Shown: positions 43,402-55,257, counted from the stretch's first letter. The stretch: 64,000 bases of DNA from Hydrurus foetidus (GCA_900617105.1 UYFQ01000506.1:248001-312000); one strand, 5' to 3'. The notes: generated by a model not told the origin, from the sequence alone. Translations and numbers: made by a program.

Positions 43402-43743
43402 TCAGGAGCCCTTGCCGGGCTTTTCGCTGAAGTATTTCTCGAACTTGCCGGTCTCGCGCTCGAAGTCGTCGCGGTCGGCGGGCGGCTCGCCCTTAACCGT
43501 GATGTTGGGCCAGACCTTGGCGTAGTCGGAATTGATCCGCAGCCACTTGCCGTCGGCCTCGTCTTCGGTGTCGGGCTTGATGGCGTCGACCGGGCACTCA
43601 GGTTCGCAGACGCCGCAGTCGATGCACTCGTCGGGATTGATGGCCAGGAAGTTCTCGCCCTCGTAGAAGCAATCGACCGGGCACACTTCGACGCAGTCCA
43701 TGTACTTACATTTGATGCAGGCGTCGGTGACGATGTAGGTCAT
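43402..43743 (-). CDS. fdxA: 7Fe-type ferredoxin
   Basis: [29 protein letters not shown]. Confidence 0.96.
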   Translation of the reverse strand: MTYIVTDACIKCKYMDCVEVCPVDCFYEGENFLAINPDECIDCGVCEPECPVDAIKPDTEDEADGKWLRINSDYAKVWPNITVKGEPPADRDDFERETGKFEKYFSEKPGKGS

Positions 43744-43996
43744 CGAGAACTCGATTGGTGCTGACGGGGCTCGGCGCGCGCGTTTTCGAAGGCGCGGGGC
43801 CGCTTGTCAATGCGGCTTGCTCGCGCGAGGCCACAGGAATTCTCGCTGCGCCGTCAGAGATGGGCGCGCGGATGCGCCCAGAGCGACCGCCGCCGCGACG
43901 ACGGGTCATCTAGGCGCTCATGATTTCTTATCCAAAGTAACGCCAGTCTCCGAGCCAGGAAACGCTCAAAAAAAACAACGTCGAGAACCCGACACC

Positions 43997-46079
43997 ATGA
44001 TCAAGTCGACTGCGGAAGTCAGGTGTCTGCCAGAGTCCGAGACCGGACCGGCGCGCCTGGCCGACTCACGCGCCGTCGCCTTCGCACAATTCGTGCTGCA
44101 GCTGCCATTCGCCGCGGCGTTGCTGGATCGTGATCTGTGCCTGCTGGCCGTCAGCCGCGAGTGGACCGCCCATGCCCTGGCGCCGGATCTGCATCCGGGC
44201 GTCGATGCCCGCCGCGCCCTGGTGGCGGCCGAGACGTGCTGGCGCTGATGAAGTGCGCGCGGGCCGGCGACGCCTTTTCGCGCTATCTGCCGACCCTGGA
44301 CGCCGACGGCGTCCAGCGCATCTGGCGCACCGAGTTCAGCGCCTGTCGCGACGAGGGTGAGCAGCCCTATGCCGTGATGGTCACGGCCCGCGACGTCACC
44401 GGCTATGCTGAGGCCACCCTGCGGGCCGAGCGCGATCAGCAGCGCCTGCGCATGGCGCTGGAGCTGGATGGCCTGCTGGTGCGCGAATACGACCTGAGCA
44501 CCCGTGAAGTGGTGTTTTCGGGGGCGACGCCGGACCTTGAGAAGTGGTGCCGGTTCAAGACCGACCCGCTGGAGATCATCCATCCTGACGACCGAGACCG
44601 GGTGGCTGCCCTGGTTGCGACGCGCAAGCCGGGCGAGACCGGGGTCTATGAGTTCCGCCTCGATCGCGATGACGGGATCGAGACCTGGGTGCGCTCGGCC
44701 AGCAAGGTGCTGGTCGGGGCCAATGGCCGGCCCGAGCGATTGGTCAACCTGTTCAAGGACATCACCGACCGCCGTCGTCAGACCGAGGCGGTCGAGACCC
44801 TGGCCTTCAAGGATCCGCTGACCGACCTGCCCAATCGGGCCCTGTTTCAGCACAAGTTCCAGGAGGCCGTCAGCGCGTCCGAGTTGCTGGGCGAGATGTT
44901 CGGTCTGATCATGATCGACGTCGATCACTTCAAGGACATCAACGACACCCTCGGCCACGACGCGGGCGACGCCCTGCTCAAGCGCCTGGCCGACATGCTG
45001 CGCCACGCCTTCCGGGCCCACGACACGGTGGCGCGGCTGGGCGGCGACGAGTTTGCGGTGATCCTGCGCGGCCTGCACTGCGAGGCCGACATGCTGCGGC
45101 CGATCCAGACCCTGCAGGAGCTGCTGCGCCGTCCCATCGAGCATGGCGGCCGCAGTTTCACCTGCAGCGCCAGCATCGGCGCGGCCCTGCACGGTGACAT
45201 GGACGCCGACCCGTCGCACATGATCAAGAACGCCGACATCGCCCTCTATCGGGCAAAGGACGCGGGCCGCAATCGCAGCGTGGTCTTCCAGCCCTCGATG
45301 CGCTCGGAGCTGGAGCAGCGGATCGAGCTGTTGCGCGACGTGCGGGCCGGCATCGCGGCCGGCGAGTTCGTGCTGTTCTATCAGCCGGTGGTCGATGTGC
45401 GCGAAGGCGGCGTCACCGGTTTCGAGGCCCTGATGCGCTGGGCCCATCCCGAACAGGGCATACTGGCGCCGCCCGCTTCATGGCGGCGTTCGAGGACCAG
45501 GACCTGTCGCTCAAGCTGGGCGACGTGGCCTTCGATGCGGCGCTGAACCAGATGCGCGACTGGATCGACACCGGCGTCGACTTTGGCCGGGTCGCCGTCA
45601 ACATCTCGGCCGCCCAGTTCCGCAGCGGCCGTCTGGCCGAGGAGATCCAGGCGCGCCTGGCCCATGCCAGGGTGCCGTGCGACCGGCTGACCATCGAGGT
45701 CACCGAGAACGTCTATATGGGCTGGGGCTCGGACATGGTCAGCGAGACCGTCAAGCGCCTGCACGACGCCGGCGTGATGATCGCGCTGGATGACTTCGGC
45801 ACCGGCTATGCCAGCCTGGCCAATCTGCGGCAGTTCCCGATCGACCGCCTGAAGATCGACAAGTCCTTCGTCCAGAACACGCAGGACGAGGCCATCGTCA
45901 GGGCGGTGATCACCCTGGGCTCGTCCATGGGCATGAAGGTCGTGGCCGAGGGCGTCGAGGACGCCGAGCAACTGGCCAAGCTGATCGGCTATGGCTGCGA
46001 CCAGGTGCAGGGCTATCACTTCGGCCGGCCGATGCCCGCGGCTGAGGTGCCGGGGTTCCTGGCGGGGTTTAAGCAGTAG
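43997..46079 (+). CDS. PAS-GGDEF-EAL diguanylate cyclase/phosphodiesterase; frameshifts near 44235 and 45475
   Basis: [38 protein letters not shown]. Confidence 0.93.
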
Positions 46080-46087
46080 GGCTACTC

Positions 46088-46135
46088 GCCCCCTCCTGGC
46101 TGCTTCGCAGCCGTCCTCCCCCGTAGGGGGAAGAT
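46088..46135. repeat. CIR-like Caulobacter intergenic repeat
   Basis: GCCCCCTCC..GGCTGC-TTCG-CAGCC..TCCTCCCCC-GTA-GGGGGAAGA double hairpin between convergent genes. Confidence 0.6.
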
Positions 46136-46158
46136 GAGGTCGGCGCGGAGGGGGCAAG

Positions 46159-46449
46159 TCAGCTGCTACCCACAGCCTCGTACAATTCTCGCGCCTCACT
46201 CGCCGACCCGCGCCGTTCGCCGGAGGCCAGCACCCGCACGGCGATGATCCGCCCGCCGATCCCGAACACCAGCACATCCCCAGCCTTCAGGGTCCGAGAC
46301 GGCTTGTCCACCCGGCTTTCGACACCGCCGCGGGTCAGACGGATGCGGCCTTCTTCCACAAAGCGGCAGGCCAGCGAGCGCGTCTTGAAGAACCGCGCGC
46401 GCCACAGCCAGACGTCGGCGCGGCAGGCCTCGTCAGCGCCCTCGCTCAC
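46159..46449 (-). CDS. S4-domain RNA-binding protein (Hsp15-like)
   Basis: RADVWLWRARFFKTRSLA, RRGSASEARELY. Confidence 0.92.
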   Translation of the reverse strand: MSEGADEACRADVWLWRARFFKTRSLACRFVEEGRIRLTRGGVESRVDKPSRTLKAGDVLVFGIGGRIIAVRVLASGERRGSASEARELYEAVGSS

Positions 46450-48299
46450 GAGGTTGCTTTCTGGGCGGCCGCCTTCCGCCGACGGGGTTTCTTGCGGCGT
46501 GGCGGCGGCTCGGTCAGCTTGGCCAGGGCGGCGAACGGCGAGTCCGGGCGCGCGGCGATCGTCACCTCGGCCTTGGCCGCGCCGCGCCGCTTCCAGATGA
46601 TCGGGGCGTCGGACTTGGGCCGGATGGCCGGCGTGTAGTCCAGGGCCCGCAACACGGCCGAGCCCTGGGGCGCTGTCCAGTCCAGGCTCTGCAGGGCCGC
46701 CTCGCTCAGCACCACGCCGCCCGGCTTCTGCTCGGCTCGCAGCAGGTCGTCCAACCGCTCCAGCATCTCGACGGGCGCGGTGAAGCCGCTCACCGCGCGC
46801 AGGCCGCTGGCGGCCAGTGCCTGCGCGGAGGGCGGCGGCGAGGGCAGGGCGGCCAGCCTGGCCCGATCGCCGCGCCAGCCCTCGGGACTCAGCGCCCGGG
46901 CGCAGGCGATGGCTTCGGGCCGCAGCATGGCGGGCAGGTAGAGGCTGAAGGCCGATGCGGACGCCCAGGGCCTTGAGCGTGCGGCGTTCAGCCTGGCTGA
47001 GGGCCTTCAGCTCGGGCTCCAGCGGCCGCTTGTCCAGCACCCCGCAGGCTTCCAGGAGGCGGTGCGCCAGGCCGCGGCAAGCCGCGCAGCTCGGACCCGC
47101 CAGGGCCCGCTCCAGTTTGCGCAGGGCGCCAGATGCCGGTCGACCTCGGCGACCAGGAAGGCGTCCAGCCGGCGTTCGGCCCGCTCGCGCACGGTGGCGG
47201 GGCCCAGCTCGCCCAGCAGCCTGGCGCGGGGCGACAACAGGGCGCCGCCCCCTGACGTCGAGGCGGGGCGCACCACGCCGGCGATCTCGCCGCGCCACAG
47301 GATCGCGCTGTCGGGACTGAGGGCGAAGGCGTCGTCGGCCTCGCCGCTCAGGGCGCCCAGGCGCTTGGCGATCTCGGGACCCACCGCGCGCACGGCCGCA
47401 TTGCGCAGGGCCTTTTCCTCCAGGGCGCTGGCGCCCTTTTCGGGCGTGAAGGTGACGCCGGCCAGGTGACCCACCACGTGACCCTCGACCGTCACCGCGC
47501 CGTCCTGGCCGACCCGGCCAGCATGGTCTCGCGCTCGCCAGCTGGCGCATCAGCACACTGGTGCGCCGGTCGATGAACCGGGCCATCAGCTTTTCGTGCA
47601 GGGTGTCGGAGATCCGATCCTCAAGCTGACGGGTCACGCCCTGCCAGTGGGCCGGATTGGCCAGCCAGTCGGGCCGGTTGGCGATGTAGGACAGGGTCCG
47701 CACCCCCGAAAGGCGGCCGGCCAGGCTGTCGATCTCGCCGTCGGTGCGGTCCAGCGCCTTGAACTGGGCGTTGATCCAGTCCTCCGGCAGCCGCTTTCTT
47801 GCCCGTCGTCAGGTCGTCGAACAGCGTCTTGACCATGCGCTGGTGGTCATCGTCCGTGGTCTTGCGGAAGTCGGGCGTCTGGCACACGTCCCACAGCCGC
47901 AGCAGGGCCGAGCGGTCGGCCTTGCAGCGGGCGATGACATCGTCCTGCTGCGACAGCTTCCTCAGGGTGCGCTCATCCAGCACCTCGTTGGACAGGGTCA
48001 GCCCCGCGCGGCCCGGCCCTTGCCCTAGCGACTTCAGAAGCAGCGGCAGCGAGCCGAAGTCGAGCCGGGCGCTGCGCCATTCGGCGGCGATGATCGGCTC
48101 GAACTGGTGGTTGACCACGCTCTCCACCAGATCCTCGTCCATCTCGTCGCAGTCGCTCGTGACGCCGAAGGTGCCGTCGCGGGTATAGCGCCCGGCCCGG
48201 CCGGCGATCTGGCCCACCTCCTGGGCGTGCAGCCAGCGGGTGCGGACGCCGTCGAACTTGCGCAGACCGGCAAAGGCCACATGGTCGACGTCCATGTTC

Positions 48300-48330
<31 letters not shown>

Positions 48331-48995
48331 GGAAGTCGACTTCTCCCGACTGGTAGAGCGCCACCTGGGCGTTGCGGGTGCGGGGCTCAAGCTGCCATGA
48401 CCACGGCCGCCCCGCCGCGCTGACGACGGATCAGCTCGGCGATGCCGTAAACGGCGTCGGTCGAGAACGCCACCACGGCGCTGCGCCGGGGCAGGCGGGT
48501 CAGCTTCTTGGAGCCAGCGTAAGACAGGTTGGAGAACCGCTCGCGCGACACGATCTCGGCCTCGGGCAGCAGGCGGCGGATCAGCGGGGCCATGGTTCCG
48601 GCCCCCAGCAGCATGGTCTCGAACTTGCCCCGGGCGTGCAGCAGGCGGTGGGTGAAGATGTGGCCACGTTCGGGATCGGCGCACAGCTGGATCTCGTCGA
48701 TGGCCAGGAACTCGACCTCGCGGGTCAAGGGCATGGCCTCGACGGTGCAGACGAAATAGGCGGCGCGCGGCGGGACGATCTTTTCTTCGCCGGTGATCAG
48801 GGCCACGGACGCCTTGCCGCGCAGCTTGACGATGCGGTCATAGATCTCGCGCGCCAGCAGGCGCAGCGGCAGGCCGATCATGCCCGAGGCATGACCCAGC
48901 ATCCGCTCGACGGCCAGATGGGTCTTGCCGGTATTGGTCGGGCCCAGGACCGCAGTGAGCTTGGAAGGCGCCAGGCCGGTCGAACGGTCGCTCAT
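46446..48995 (-). CDS. SUV3/MgpS-like ATP-dependent helicase; multiple frameshifts
   Basis: GPTNTGKT, CTVEAM, DEIQ, VATDAIGMGLN, QIAGRAGR. Confidence 0.93.
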
Positions 48996-49172
48996 GCGAT
49001 CAGACATGGTGCGGGAATCGGAGGGAGGCAAGCACTGGTGTGCGAGGGACCGGCGACAGCGCGTCCATCGGCGCCGGAGCGAGAATTGACAGCGCTGGGC
49101 ATCTGCGGTCTCAGAGACCGTCGTTTCCGCCGCCAGATTCAGTTTCGGCGGGCGACGGGCAGGGAAACGCAC

Positions 49173-50552
49173 GTGACGGATATCATCGCCAGCACTTTGG
49201 AGGTCGCCGGAAAAGTCCTGTCGGCCAACGGTCCCGCCACCCTGGCGGCGGCCCACAGCTACACGCCGACCGATTTCAGCGTGCACTTCTTCCTGCAGTT
49301 GGCGGTGATCCTGCTGGCCTGCCGTGTCGTCGGCTGGCTGGGCCAGAAGTTCCTCGGTCAGCCCCAGGTGGTGGGCGAGATGATCGCCGGCGTGGTGCTG
49401 GGCCCGTCGCTGCTGGGCCTGCTGTTCCCGGCCTTCCAGGGCATGCTGTTCCCCAAGGAAACCAAGAACATCCTGTATGTCGGCGCCCAGCTGGGCGTGG
49501 GCCTCTACATGTTCATGGTCGGCACCAGCTTCCAGGCCGATCACTTCAAGGCCAAGGCCAAGAGCGCGGCCAGCGTCTCGCTGGCCGGCATTATCGCGCC
49601 GTTCCTGATCGCCGTGGCGATCACGCCCTTCCTGCTGAAGGTGCCGGGCCTGTTCGCCGAGGGCATCTCGCAGTCCAACGCCACCCTGTTCATGGGCGCC
49701 TGTATCGCCCTGACCGCCTTCCCGATGCTGGCCCGCATCATCAATGAGCGCGGCCTGGCCAAGACCTCGCTGGGCACCCTGTCCCTGACCGCCGGCGCCT
49801 TTGACGACGCCGTCTCGTGGTGCGTGCTGGCGGTGGTGCTGGCCACCTTCGGCGGCGGCCCCGGCGTGGCGGTGCTGGCGATCGGCGGCGGCCTGTCCTA
49901 CGTCCTGTTCCTGGGCCTGTTCGGCAAGCGTCTGCTGGCCCCGCTGGGCCGCATCGTCGAGCGCGAAGGCCAGATGAGCCTGACCGTCCTGGCCATCACC
50001 CTGATGCTGTTCTGCCTCTCGGCCTTCCTGATGGACGCCGTCGGCATCCACGCCATCTTCGGCGGCTTCATGCTCGGCGCCGTCATGCCGCGCGGCAAGT
50101 TCGTCGAGGAGCTGAAGCAGAAGGTCGAGCCGCTGGCGGTGGTGCTGCTGCTGCCGATGTTCTTCACCTATTCGGGCCTCAACACCCGGATGGACATGGT
50201 CAACTCGCCGCAGCTGCTGCTGATCGCCGTGGGCATCCTGCTGGCCTCGATCCTGGCCAAGGGCGTGGCCTGCTACGCCGCCGCGCGTCTGGCCGGCGAA
50301 GATAACCGCACGGCCCTGGGCATCGGCGCCCTGATGAACTCGCGTGGCCTGATGGAGCTGATCATCATCAATATCGGCCTGCAGAAGGGCATTATCGGCC
50401 CGACCCTGTTCTCGATGCTGGTGCTGATGGCCATCGTCACCACGGTCATGGCCAGCCCGTTGTTCGAGGCCTTCTATGGCCGCAAGGCGCGGGAGTCGGG
50501 CGAGCTTGACGGTCTGGAAGAGTCCGCCGCCAAGGCCGCCGCCGCCCCCTGA
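49173..50552 (+). CDS. Cation:proton antiporter (CPA2)
   Basis: QPQVVGEMIAGVVLGPS, TAFPMLARI, FDD, MNSRGLMEL. Confidence 0.92.
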   Translation: MTDIIASTLEVAGKVLSANGPATLAAAHSYTPTDFSVHFFLQLAVILLACRVVGWLGQKFLGQPQVVGEMIAGVVLGPSLLGLLFPAFQGMLFPKETKNILYVGAQLGVGLYMFMVGTSFQADHFKAKAKSAASVSLAGIIAPFLIAVAITPFLLKVPGLFAEGISQSNATLFMGACIALTAFPMLARIINERGLAKTSLGTLSLTAGAFDDAVSWCVLAVVLATFGGGPGVAVLAIGGGLSYVLFLGLFGKRLLAPLGRIVEREGQMSLTVLAITLMLFCLSAFLMDAVGIHAIFGGFMLGAVMPRGKFVEELKQKVEPLAVVLLLPMFFTYSGLNTRMDMVNSPQLLLIAVGILLASILAKGVACYAAARLAGEDNRTALGIGALMNSRGLMELIIINIGLQKGIIGPTLFSMLVLMAIVTTVMASPLFEAFYGRKARESGELDGLEESAAKAAAAP

Positions 50553-50562
50553 CGGGGCAGGC

Positions 50563-52200
50563 CTACCGGCCCCGTTCGAACGCCACCACGCCGTCGACCA
50601 CGGTCAGCACCGTCTCGGCGGTGAGGATCTCGCCCGGGGGGACCGTCATCAGGTCCTTTGAGAATACGGTCACGTCGGCCTTCTTGCCGGCCTCCAGCGT
50701 GCCGCGATCCTTGTCGGCGAAGGCGGCATAGGCGGGCGCCCAGGTCAGCATCTTCAGGGCCTGGGCCCGGCTGACGGCTTCTTCCAGATGCCAGTCGTCA
50801 TTGGCGAAGCCGGTCAGGCTGTGGCGGTGGACGGCGGCGTAGAACTCGATGCGCGGATCGCCGACCTCGACCGGGGCGTCCGAGCCGGCGGCCACGACCG
50901 CGCCGCTCTTGAGCATGTCGTTCCAGCGATAGCCCTCGTGCAGGCGGGCCTTGCCCAGGCGGGCAGGGGCGAAGAACAGATCGCCGATGGCGTGGCTGGG
51001 CTGCATCGAGGCGATGACGCCCATCTTCGAAAAGCGCGGCAGGTCGGGGTCGGCGACGATCTGGGCGTGCTCGATCCGCCAGCGGGCGGTGGTGTCGCCG
51101 GCCAGGGTCTCGCCAAACCAGTCCAGCACCATGCGATTGCCGCGATCGCCGATGGCGTGCATGGCCACCTGGGCCTTGACGGCCTGGGCCTGCTTCATCA
51201 GCGCCAGCCCCTTGTCGCGCGGGGTCAGCTGCAGGCCCGTCCCCTCGGCGTCGCTATAGGGCTCAAGCAGGGCCGCGCCGCGCGAGCCCAGGGCGCCGTC
51301 CATATAGAGCTTGATCCCCCGCGTGCGGATCAGGCCGGTGGCGTCCTCGAACGGGCCCTTGGCCAGCACCTCGGCGGCCCCGCTGGGGTCCATGTAGTTG
51401 TCGACGCGGAGGTGGAACTTCTTCTCGGCGGCCAGGGAGGTCATCAGGGCCAGGTCGGGCGCCTCGACGCTCATGTTGCCAAGGCCGGTCCAGCCGCGCG
51501 AGGCATAGAGCGCGCCGGCCTTTTCCAGGGCCTGACGCTTGAGGGCTTCTGACGGCGGCGGAATGACCCCGGCGACCAGCGACTGGGCGTGGTCGATCAG
51601 CATGCCGCTGGGCAGGCCGTCGGCTCCCTTGAGGATCTGGCCACCCGCCGGAGCGGCCGTGTCCTTGCCGACGCCGGCCTGGGCCAGGGCGGCGGAGCTG
51701 GCGACCGAGGCGTGGCCGTCGGAGCGTTCCAGCACGATCACCCGACCCGGGGCTGCGCGGTCCAGATCCGCACGGTTGGGGAAGCGCTTCTCGGGCCAGT
51801 GGGTCTCGATCCAGCCCCGGCCATAGATCGGCCCGCTCGCGTTGGCGGCGGCATAGGCGCTGACCGCCTTGACCAGGTCTTCGACCGAGCCGGTCTGGTC
51901 AAGATTGAGGGTCAGTTCACGCAGGCCAACCCCGGTCAGGTGGGCATGGGCGTCGACAAAGCCCGGAAAGGCGGCGGCGCCCTTCAGGTCGAAGTCGCGG
52001 ACGTCCTTGGCGGCCTTGGCGCGGGCGGCGGCCAGGTCGCCGACGAACAGGATCCTGCTGTCGCGGATCAGCACAGCCTGGGCGCTCGGCGCGGCTTCGA
52101 CGCCGGTATGGATCGGTCCGCCGTGGATCAGCAGGTCGCCGGCTGAGGCTGTCGAGACGGTTGCGGACGCCAGCAGGGCGGCGAGGACAATGGGGCGCAC
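50563..52200 (-). CDS. Secreted amidohydrolase (Amidohydro_3/YtcJ-like)
   Basis: PGFVDAHAH, DGALGSRGAAL, HAIGD, RIEHAQ, GSDAPVE. Confidence 0.93.
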   Translation of the reverse strand: MRPIVLAALLASATVSTASAGDLLIHGGPIHTGVEAAPSAQAVLIRDSRILFVGDLAAARAKAAKDVRDFDLKGAAAFPGFVDAHAHLTGVGLRELTLNLDQTGSVEDLVKAVSAYAAANASGPIYGRGWIETHWPEKRFPNRADLDRAAPGRVIVLERSDGHASVASSAALAQAGVGKDTAAPAGGQILKGADGLPSGMLIDHAQSLVAGVIPPPSEALKRQALEKAGALYASRGWTGLGNMSVEAPDLALMTSLAAEKKFHLRVDNYMDPSGAAEVLAKGPFEDATGLIRTRGIKLYMDGALGSRGAALLEPYSDAEGTGLQLTPRDKGLALMKQAQAVKAQVAMHAIGDRGNRMVLDWFGETLAGDTTARWRIEHAQIVADPDLPRFSKMGVIASMQPSHAIGDLFFAPARLGKARLHEGYRWNDMLKSGAVVAAGSDAPVEVGDPRIEFYAAVHRHSLTGFANDDWHLEEAVSRAQALKMLTWAPAYAAFADKDRGTLEAGKKADVTVFSKDLMTVPPGEILTAETVLTVVDGVVAFERGR

Positions 52201-52277
52201 GGCGATCTCCAGACAGCAAGAAACGGAAATCGTAGGGCGCCGCTCGAAAGCCGCAACCGCGATGCTATAAATGAGGG

Positions 52278-52853
52278 ATGCAGGGGACCGCTTTCGCGCT
52301 TTTTGACACCGTTATCGGCCGCTGCGGCGTCGCCTGGGGCGTTTCCGGGCTGATCGGCATGCAATTGCCCGAAGCGACACCCGGCGCGGCCTGGGCGCGC
52401 CTGCGCAAGCGTTTCCCCGAGGCGGTCGAGACGCCGCCGTCGCCCGCGATCGAGCAGATCATCGAGCGGGTGCTGGATCTGCTGGCCGGCGGTCGCGACG
52501 ACCTGACGGACATCCCGCTCGACCTGACCGGCGTCCAGGCCTTCAACCTGCGGGTCTATGAGATCGCCCGCGCCATCGCGCCCGGCGAGACCTCGACCTA
52601 TGGCCAGGTGGCCCGCGCCATGGGCGAGCCCGGCGCTGCGCGGGCGGTGGGCAAGGCCCTGGGCGAGAATCCCTGGCCCATCGTCGTGCCCTGCCACCGG
52701 GTGCTGGCCGCGTCAGGCAGGATGGGCGGGTTCAGCGCCGAAGGCGGCGCGAACACCAAGGCCCAGTTGCTGACCCTGGAGCGGGCGCGGACCAGCCCCG
52801 TACCGACCCTGTTCGACCTGGAATTTTCGGTGGCTCCGCCGCGCGGAGGATAG
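52278..52853 (+). CDS. ogt: Methylated-DNA--protein-cysteine methyltransferase
   Basis: TYGQVA, ARAVG, VPCHRV. Confidence 0.93.
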   Translation: MQGTAFALFDTVIGRCGVAWGVSGLIGMQLPEATPGAAWARLRKRFPEAVETPPSPAIEQIIERVLDLLAGGRDDLTDIPLDLTGVQAFNLRVYEIARAIAPGETSTYGQVARAMGEPGAARAVGKALGENPWPIVVPCHRVLAASGRMGGFSAEGGANTKAQLLTLERARTSPVPTLFDLEFSVAPPRGG

Positions 52854-53007
52854 GGCCCAGGCTCAAGTTAACGCCGCGAGCGGAACTGGCGAACAGGGGC
52901 GAAACGAATCAGGACCGAATCAGCGACATCGGCCGATTCAGTCTTTGTTCCCTACAAGCCATTGTATCTTAATTCGGATTAACCACAAATGGTCCGTGAC
53001 ACAGGGG

Positions 53008-53439
53008 CTATTTGGCGTCAGCCGGGCAGCTGGCCCCCACGCGCCGGGCGTCCATCACGCCGGCCAGCGGAATTCCGTTGATGGTCTTCAGCTTGACGTC
53101 CAGCTTGAAGCTCTCGGCGGTGTAGTCGCCCTTGGCGGTCACCGGGGCCACGCGGCCCTTCTTGTCGGTCCACGTACCCTTCAGGGCGATCTTGCCGTTC
53201 TGAACCACGCGGGTGTCGTAGTCGCAGGTATATTTGCGGGTGCAGATGCCCTTGGCGAACTGCTCGACATCGGCCTGCTTGAGGCAGCGCGACTCGTCCC
53301 CGGCCGGGATGGGGCCGATCCGGTAGCTATACTCCCAATGACCGGGAAGAATCGTGGCCGGCGCGGGCGGGGCGGCCAGGCTCAGGCCGGCGGTCAAGGT
53401 GAGACCTGCAGCGGTCAGGGCGAGGGCGATCAGACGCAT
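53008..53439 (-). CDS. DUF3617-like secreted protein
   Basis: Signal peptide, PGHWE, terminal ARRVGASC. Confidence 0.75.
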   Translation of the reverse strand: MRLIALALTAAGLTLTAGLSLAAPPAPATILPGHWEYSYRIGPIPAGDESRCLKQADVEQFAKGICTRKYTCDYDTRVVQNGKIALKGTWTDKKGRVAPVTAKGDYTAESFKLDVKLKTINGIPLAGVMDARRVGASCPADAK

Positions 53440-53667
53440 GGGCGGGTGCTCCTTCATGGGCTCTCTATATATAGGGCGGCAGATGAACCTGTCTTGAAGG
53501 CGGTCGTGAGGCGATCTTCATCCGGGGGGATGGCTCGAAGCGGGCTTGCCGCCTTGACTCGGCAGGCGCCCTTCGCCTATATCGCCCGCTCTCGCGTGGC
53601 GGCTCGTCCGGCGCGCCCCGAAATTCATGTCTGCGAAGCTCCGGCTTCGCCCAGCCAAGGTAGTCCC

Positions 53668-53973
53668 ATGTCGCGCCGCTGCGAACTCACCGGTATCGGT
53701 CCGATGGTCGGCCACAATGTGAGCCACTCGAACATCAAGACCAAGCGCCGCTTCCTGCCGGCCCTGTCGCCGGCGACGCTGGCCTCGGATTCGCTGGGCC
53801 AGACCTTCCGTCTGCGCATCAGCAACGCCGCCCTGCGCACCCTGGACTTCAAGGGTGGCCTGGACGTGTTCCTGCTGGGCGCCAAGGACGAGCAGCTGTC
53901 GCCGCGCGCCCTGAAGATCAAGACGCAGGTCAAGGCCAAGGCCAAGGCCGCCGCCTTGGCCGTCGCCGCCTAA
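53668..53973 (+). CDS. rpmB: 50S ribosomal protein L28
   Basis: [26 protein letters not shown]. Confidence 0.97.
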   Translation: MSRRCELTGIGPMVGHNVSHSNIKTKRRFLPALSPATLASDSLGQTFRLRISNAALRTLDFKGGLDVFLLGAKDEQLSPRALKIKTQVKAKAKAAALAVAA

Positions 53974-53995
53974 GCGACGATCGCGATCAACTGTT

Positions 53996-54032
53996 GAAAG
54001 GCCCGCGAGGAGCGATCCTCGCGGGCCTTTTC
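53996..54032 (+). terminator. Intrinsic terminator after rpmB
   Basis: AAAGGCCCGCGAGGA-GCGA-TCCTCGCGGGCCTTTT. Confidence 0.85.
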
Positions 54033-54105
54033 GCGTCTGAAGCGTTGCGGCGTCGGCAGCATTTTGCGGTTCGCTGCGCGGACCAGATCCTCATCGCTGG
54101 AAACG

Positions 54106-55101
54106 CTAGCGCGCCAGTCGGGTCGCCTCGGCAAAGCGGGGATGCGCGACATTGGCGAGGGCTTCGGCCAGATGCGCCAGGCCATAGGCCACACGACCCT
54201 CCCACGTCGCCAGCAGCGGCGCGCCGCCGGCCAGGGCGGTGTGGAGCTGGTCCAGTGAACGGCCGCCGTCCTCGGGCTCGGTCAGGCGCGCGCCGGGCCG
54301 CTCATCCGCAGCCATGCTGACAAAGATCATGGCGTGGAACAGGTGGCTGATCTGTCGAGCCAGATACAGCCGCGCCCGACGATCGGCGGTTGGCGGCTCG
54401 CCGAAATAGGCTTCCAGCAGAATCGCCTCATCGACTGGCTCACGGGCATAGACATTGGCGAGCGCCGCCAGATCGACGTAGCGGTCGGCCAGAAAGGCCG
54501 CGTCCCAGTCGACCAGCCAAGGCCTTTGGCCGTCATGGACGATGTTGCCCGGGTTGAGGTCATTGTGGCTGGACACCAACTGCGGCTCCAGGCGGCGATA
54601 GGCGATCGACAGCGCCACCTGCGCGGCTCGCGCCCTGGCGATCAGGGTTGGCGTCGGCAGGCCGGATGTCAGGGCGCGTGAGGTAAGGCCCTCCAGGCCA
54701 TCCAGATAGTCGACGCAGGCCGGAAAGGCGGGCCCGTCGTGCAGGGCGCGCGCCATTCGCGCCAGTTGGCGGATCAACGTCGCTCTGGAAACCGCAGGAG
54801 GCTGAGCGACGATGAAGTCGGTGATCGTCACCCCGGCCTCGGCGTCGGCATACAAGACGCGAGGCGCCAGGCCAGCCTTTGCGGCGATCTCCATGCAGGC
54901 ATGGCTGCGTTTTGGATCGTGCAGGTCTTTAGATGGACTTTCCAGACGCAGCAGATAGACGCCGCCGCTGATCTCGATGCGCTGAACGCTTGCGCCAGAC
55001 AGTCCGCCTCTGACCGGCGTGACGGCGCCCAGGGTCGTAGTTCCGAAGGCGGTGAGCAGGCCCCGGTCGATAGCGGGGCGTTTGTCGGCGGGCAGGGGCA
55101 T
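54106..55101 (-). CDS. APH/choline-kinase-like phosphotransferase
   Basis: GGLSG, SHNDLNPGNI (Brenner motif), LVDWD. Confidence 0.88.
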   Translation of the reverse strand: MPLPADKRPAIDRGLLTAFGTTTLGAVTPVRGGLSGASVQRIEISGGVYLLRLESPSKDLHDPKRSHACMEIAAKAGLAPRVLYADAEAGVTITDFIVAQPPAVSRATLIRQLARMARALHDGPAFPACVDYLDGLEGLTSRALTSGLPTPTLIARARAAQVALSIAYRRLEPQLVSSHNDLNPGNIVHDGQRPWLVDWDAAFLADRYVDLAALANVYAREPVDEAILLEAYFGEPPTADRRARLYLARQISHLFHAMIFVSMAADERPGARLTEPEDGGRSLDQLHTALAGGAPLLATWEGRVAYGLAHLAEALANVAHPRFAEATRLAR

Positions 55102-55130
55102 GGGGCGACTCCAAAAAGGAGCGCCATATC

Positions 55131-55168
55131 TACCCGGATATAATTAGAGTCAATATTACCCGGATATA
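55131..55168. promoter_or_regulatory. Tandem 12-bp operator repeats overlapping the phosphotransferase promoter
   Basis: TACCCGGATATA at 55131-55142 and 55157-55168 flanking a minus-strand TTGACT. Confidence 0.6.
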
Positions 55169-55196
55169 TTTATTCGCCACGGGTTCCTGGGCAAAG

Positions 55197-55228
55197 CAAA
55201 ACCCGGCGCGGAGGACCGCGCCGGGTTT
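55197..55228 (-). terminator. Intrinsic terminator after the UrcA-like gene
   Basis: AAACCCGGCGCGG-AGGA-CCGCGCCGGGTTT with T-run on the minus strand. Confidence 0.8.
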
Positions 55229-55257
55229 GGTACGCTACGCTACTGAAACGGGTCGGC

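Noticed and set aside
48372..50552. Apparent helicase-antiporter fusion ORFs (726 aa plus strand, 554 aa minus strand)
   Set aside because: Antisense shadow extensions typical of high-GC DNA; the genes are divergent with starts at 48995 and 49173
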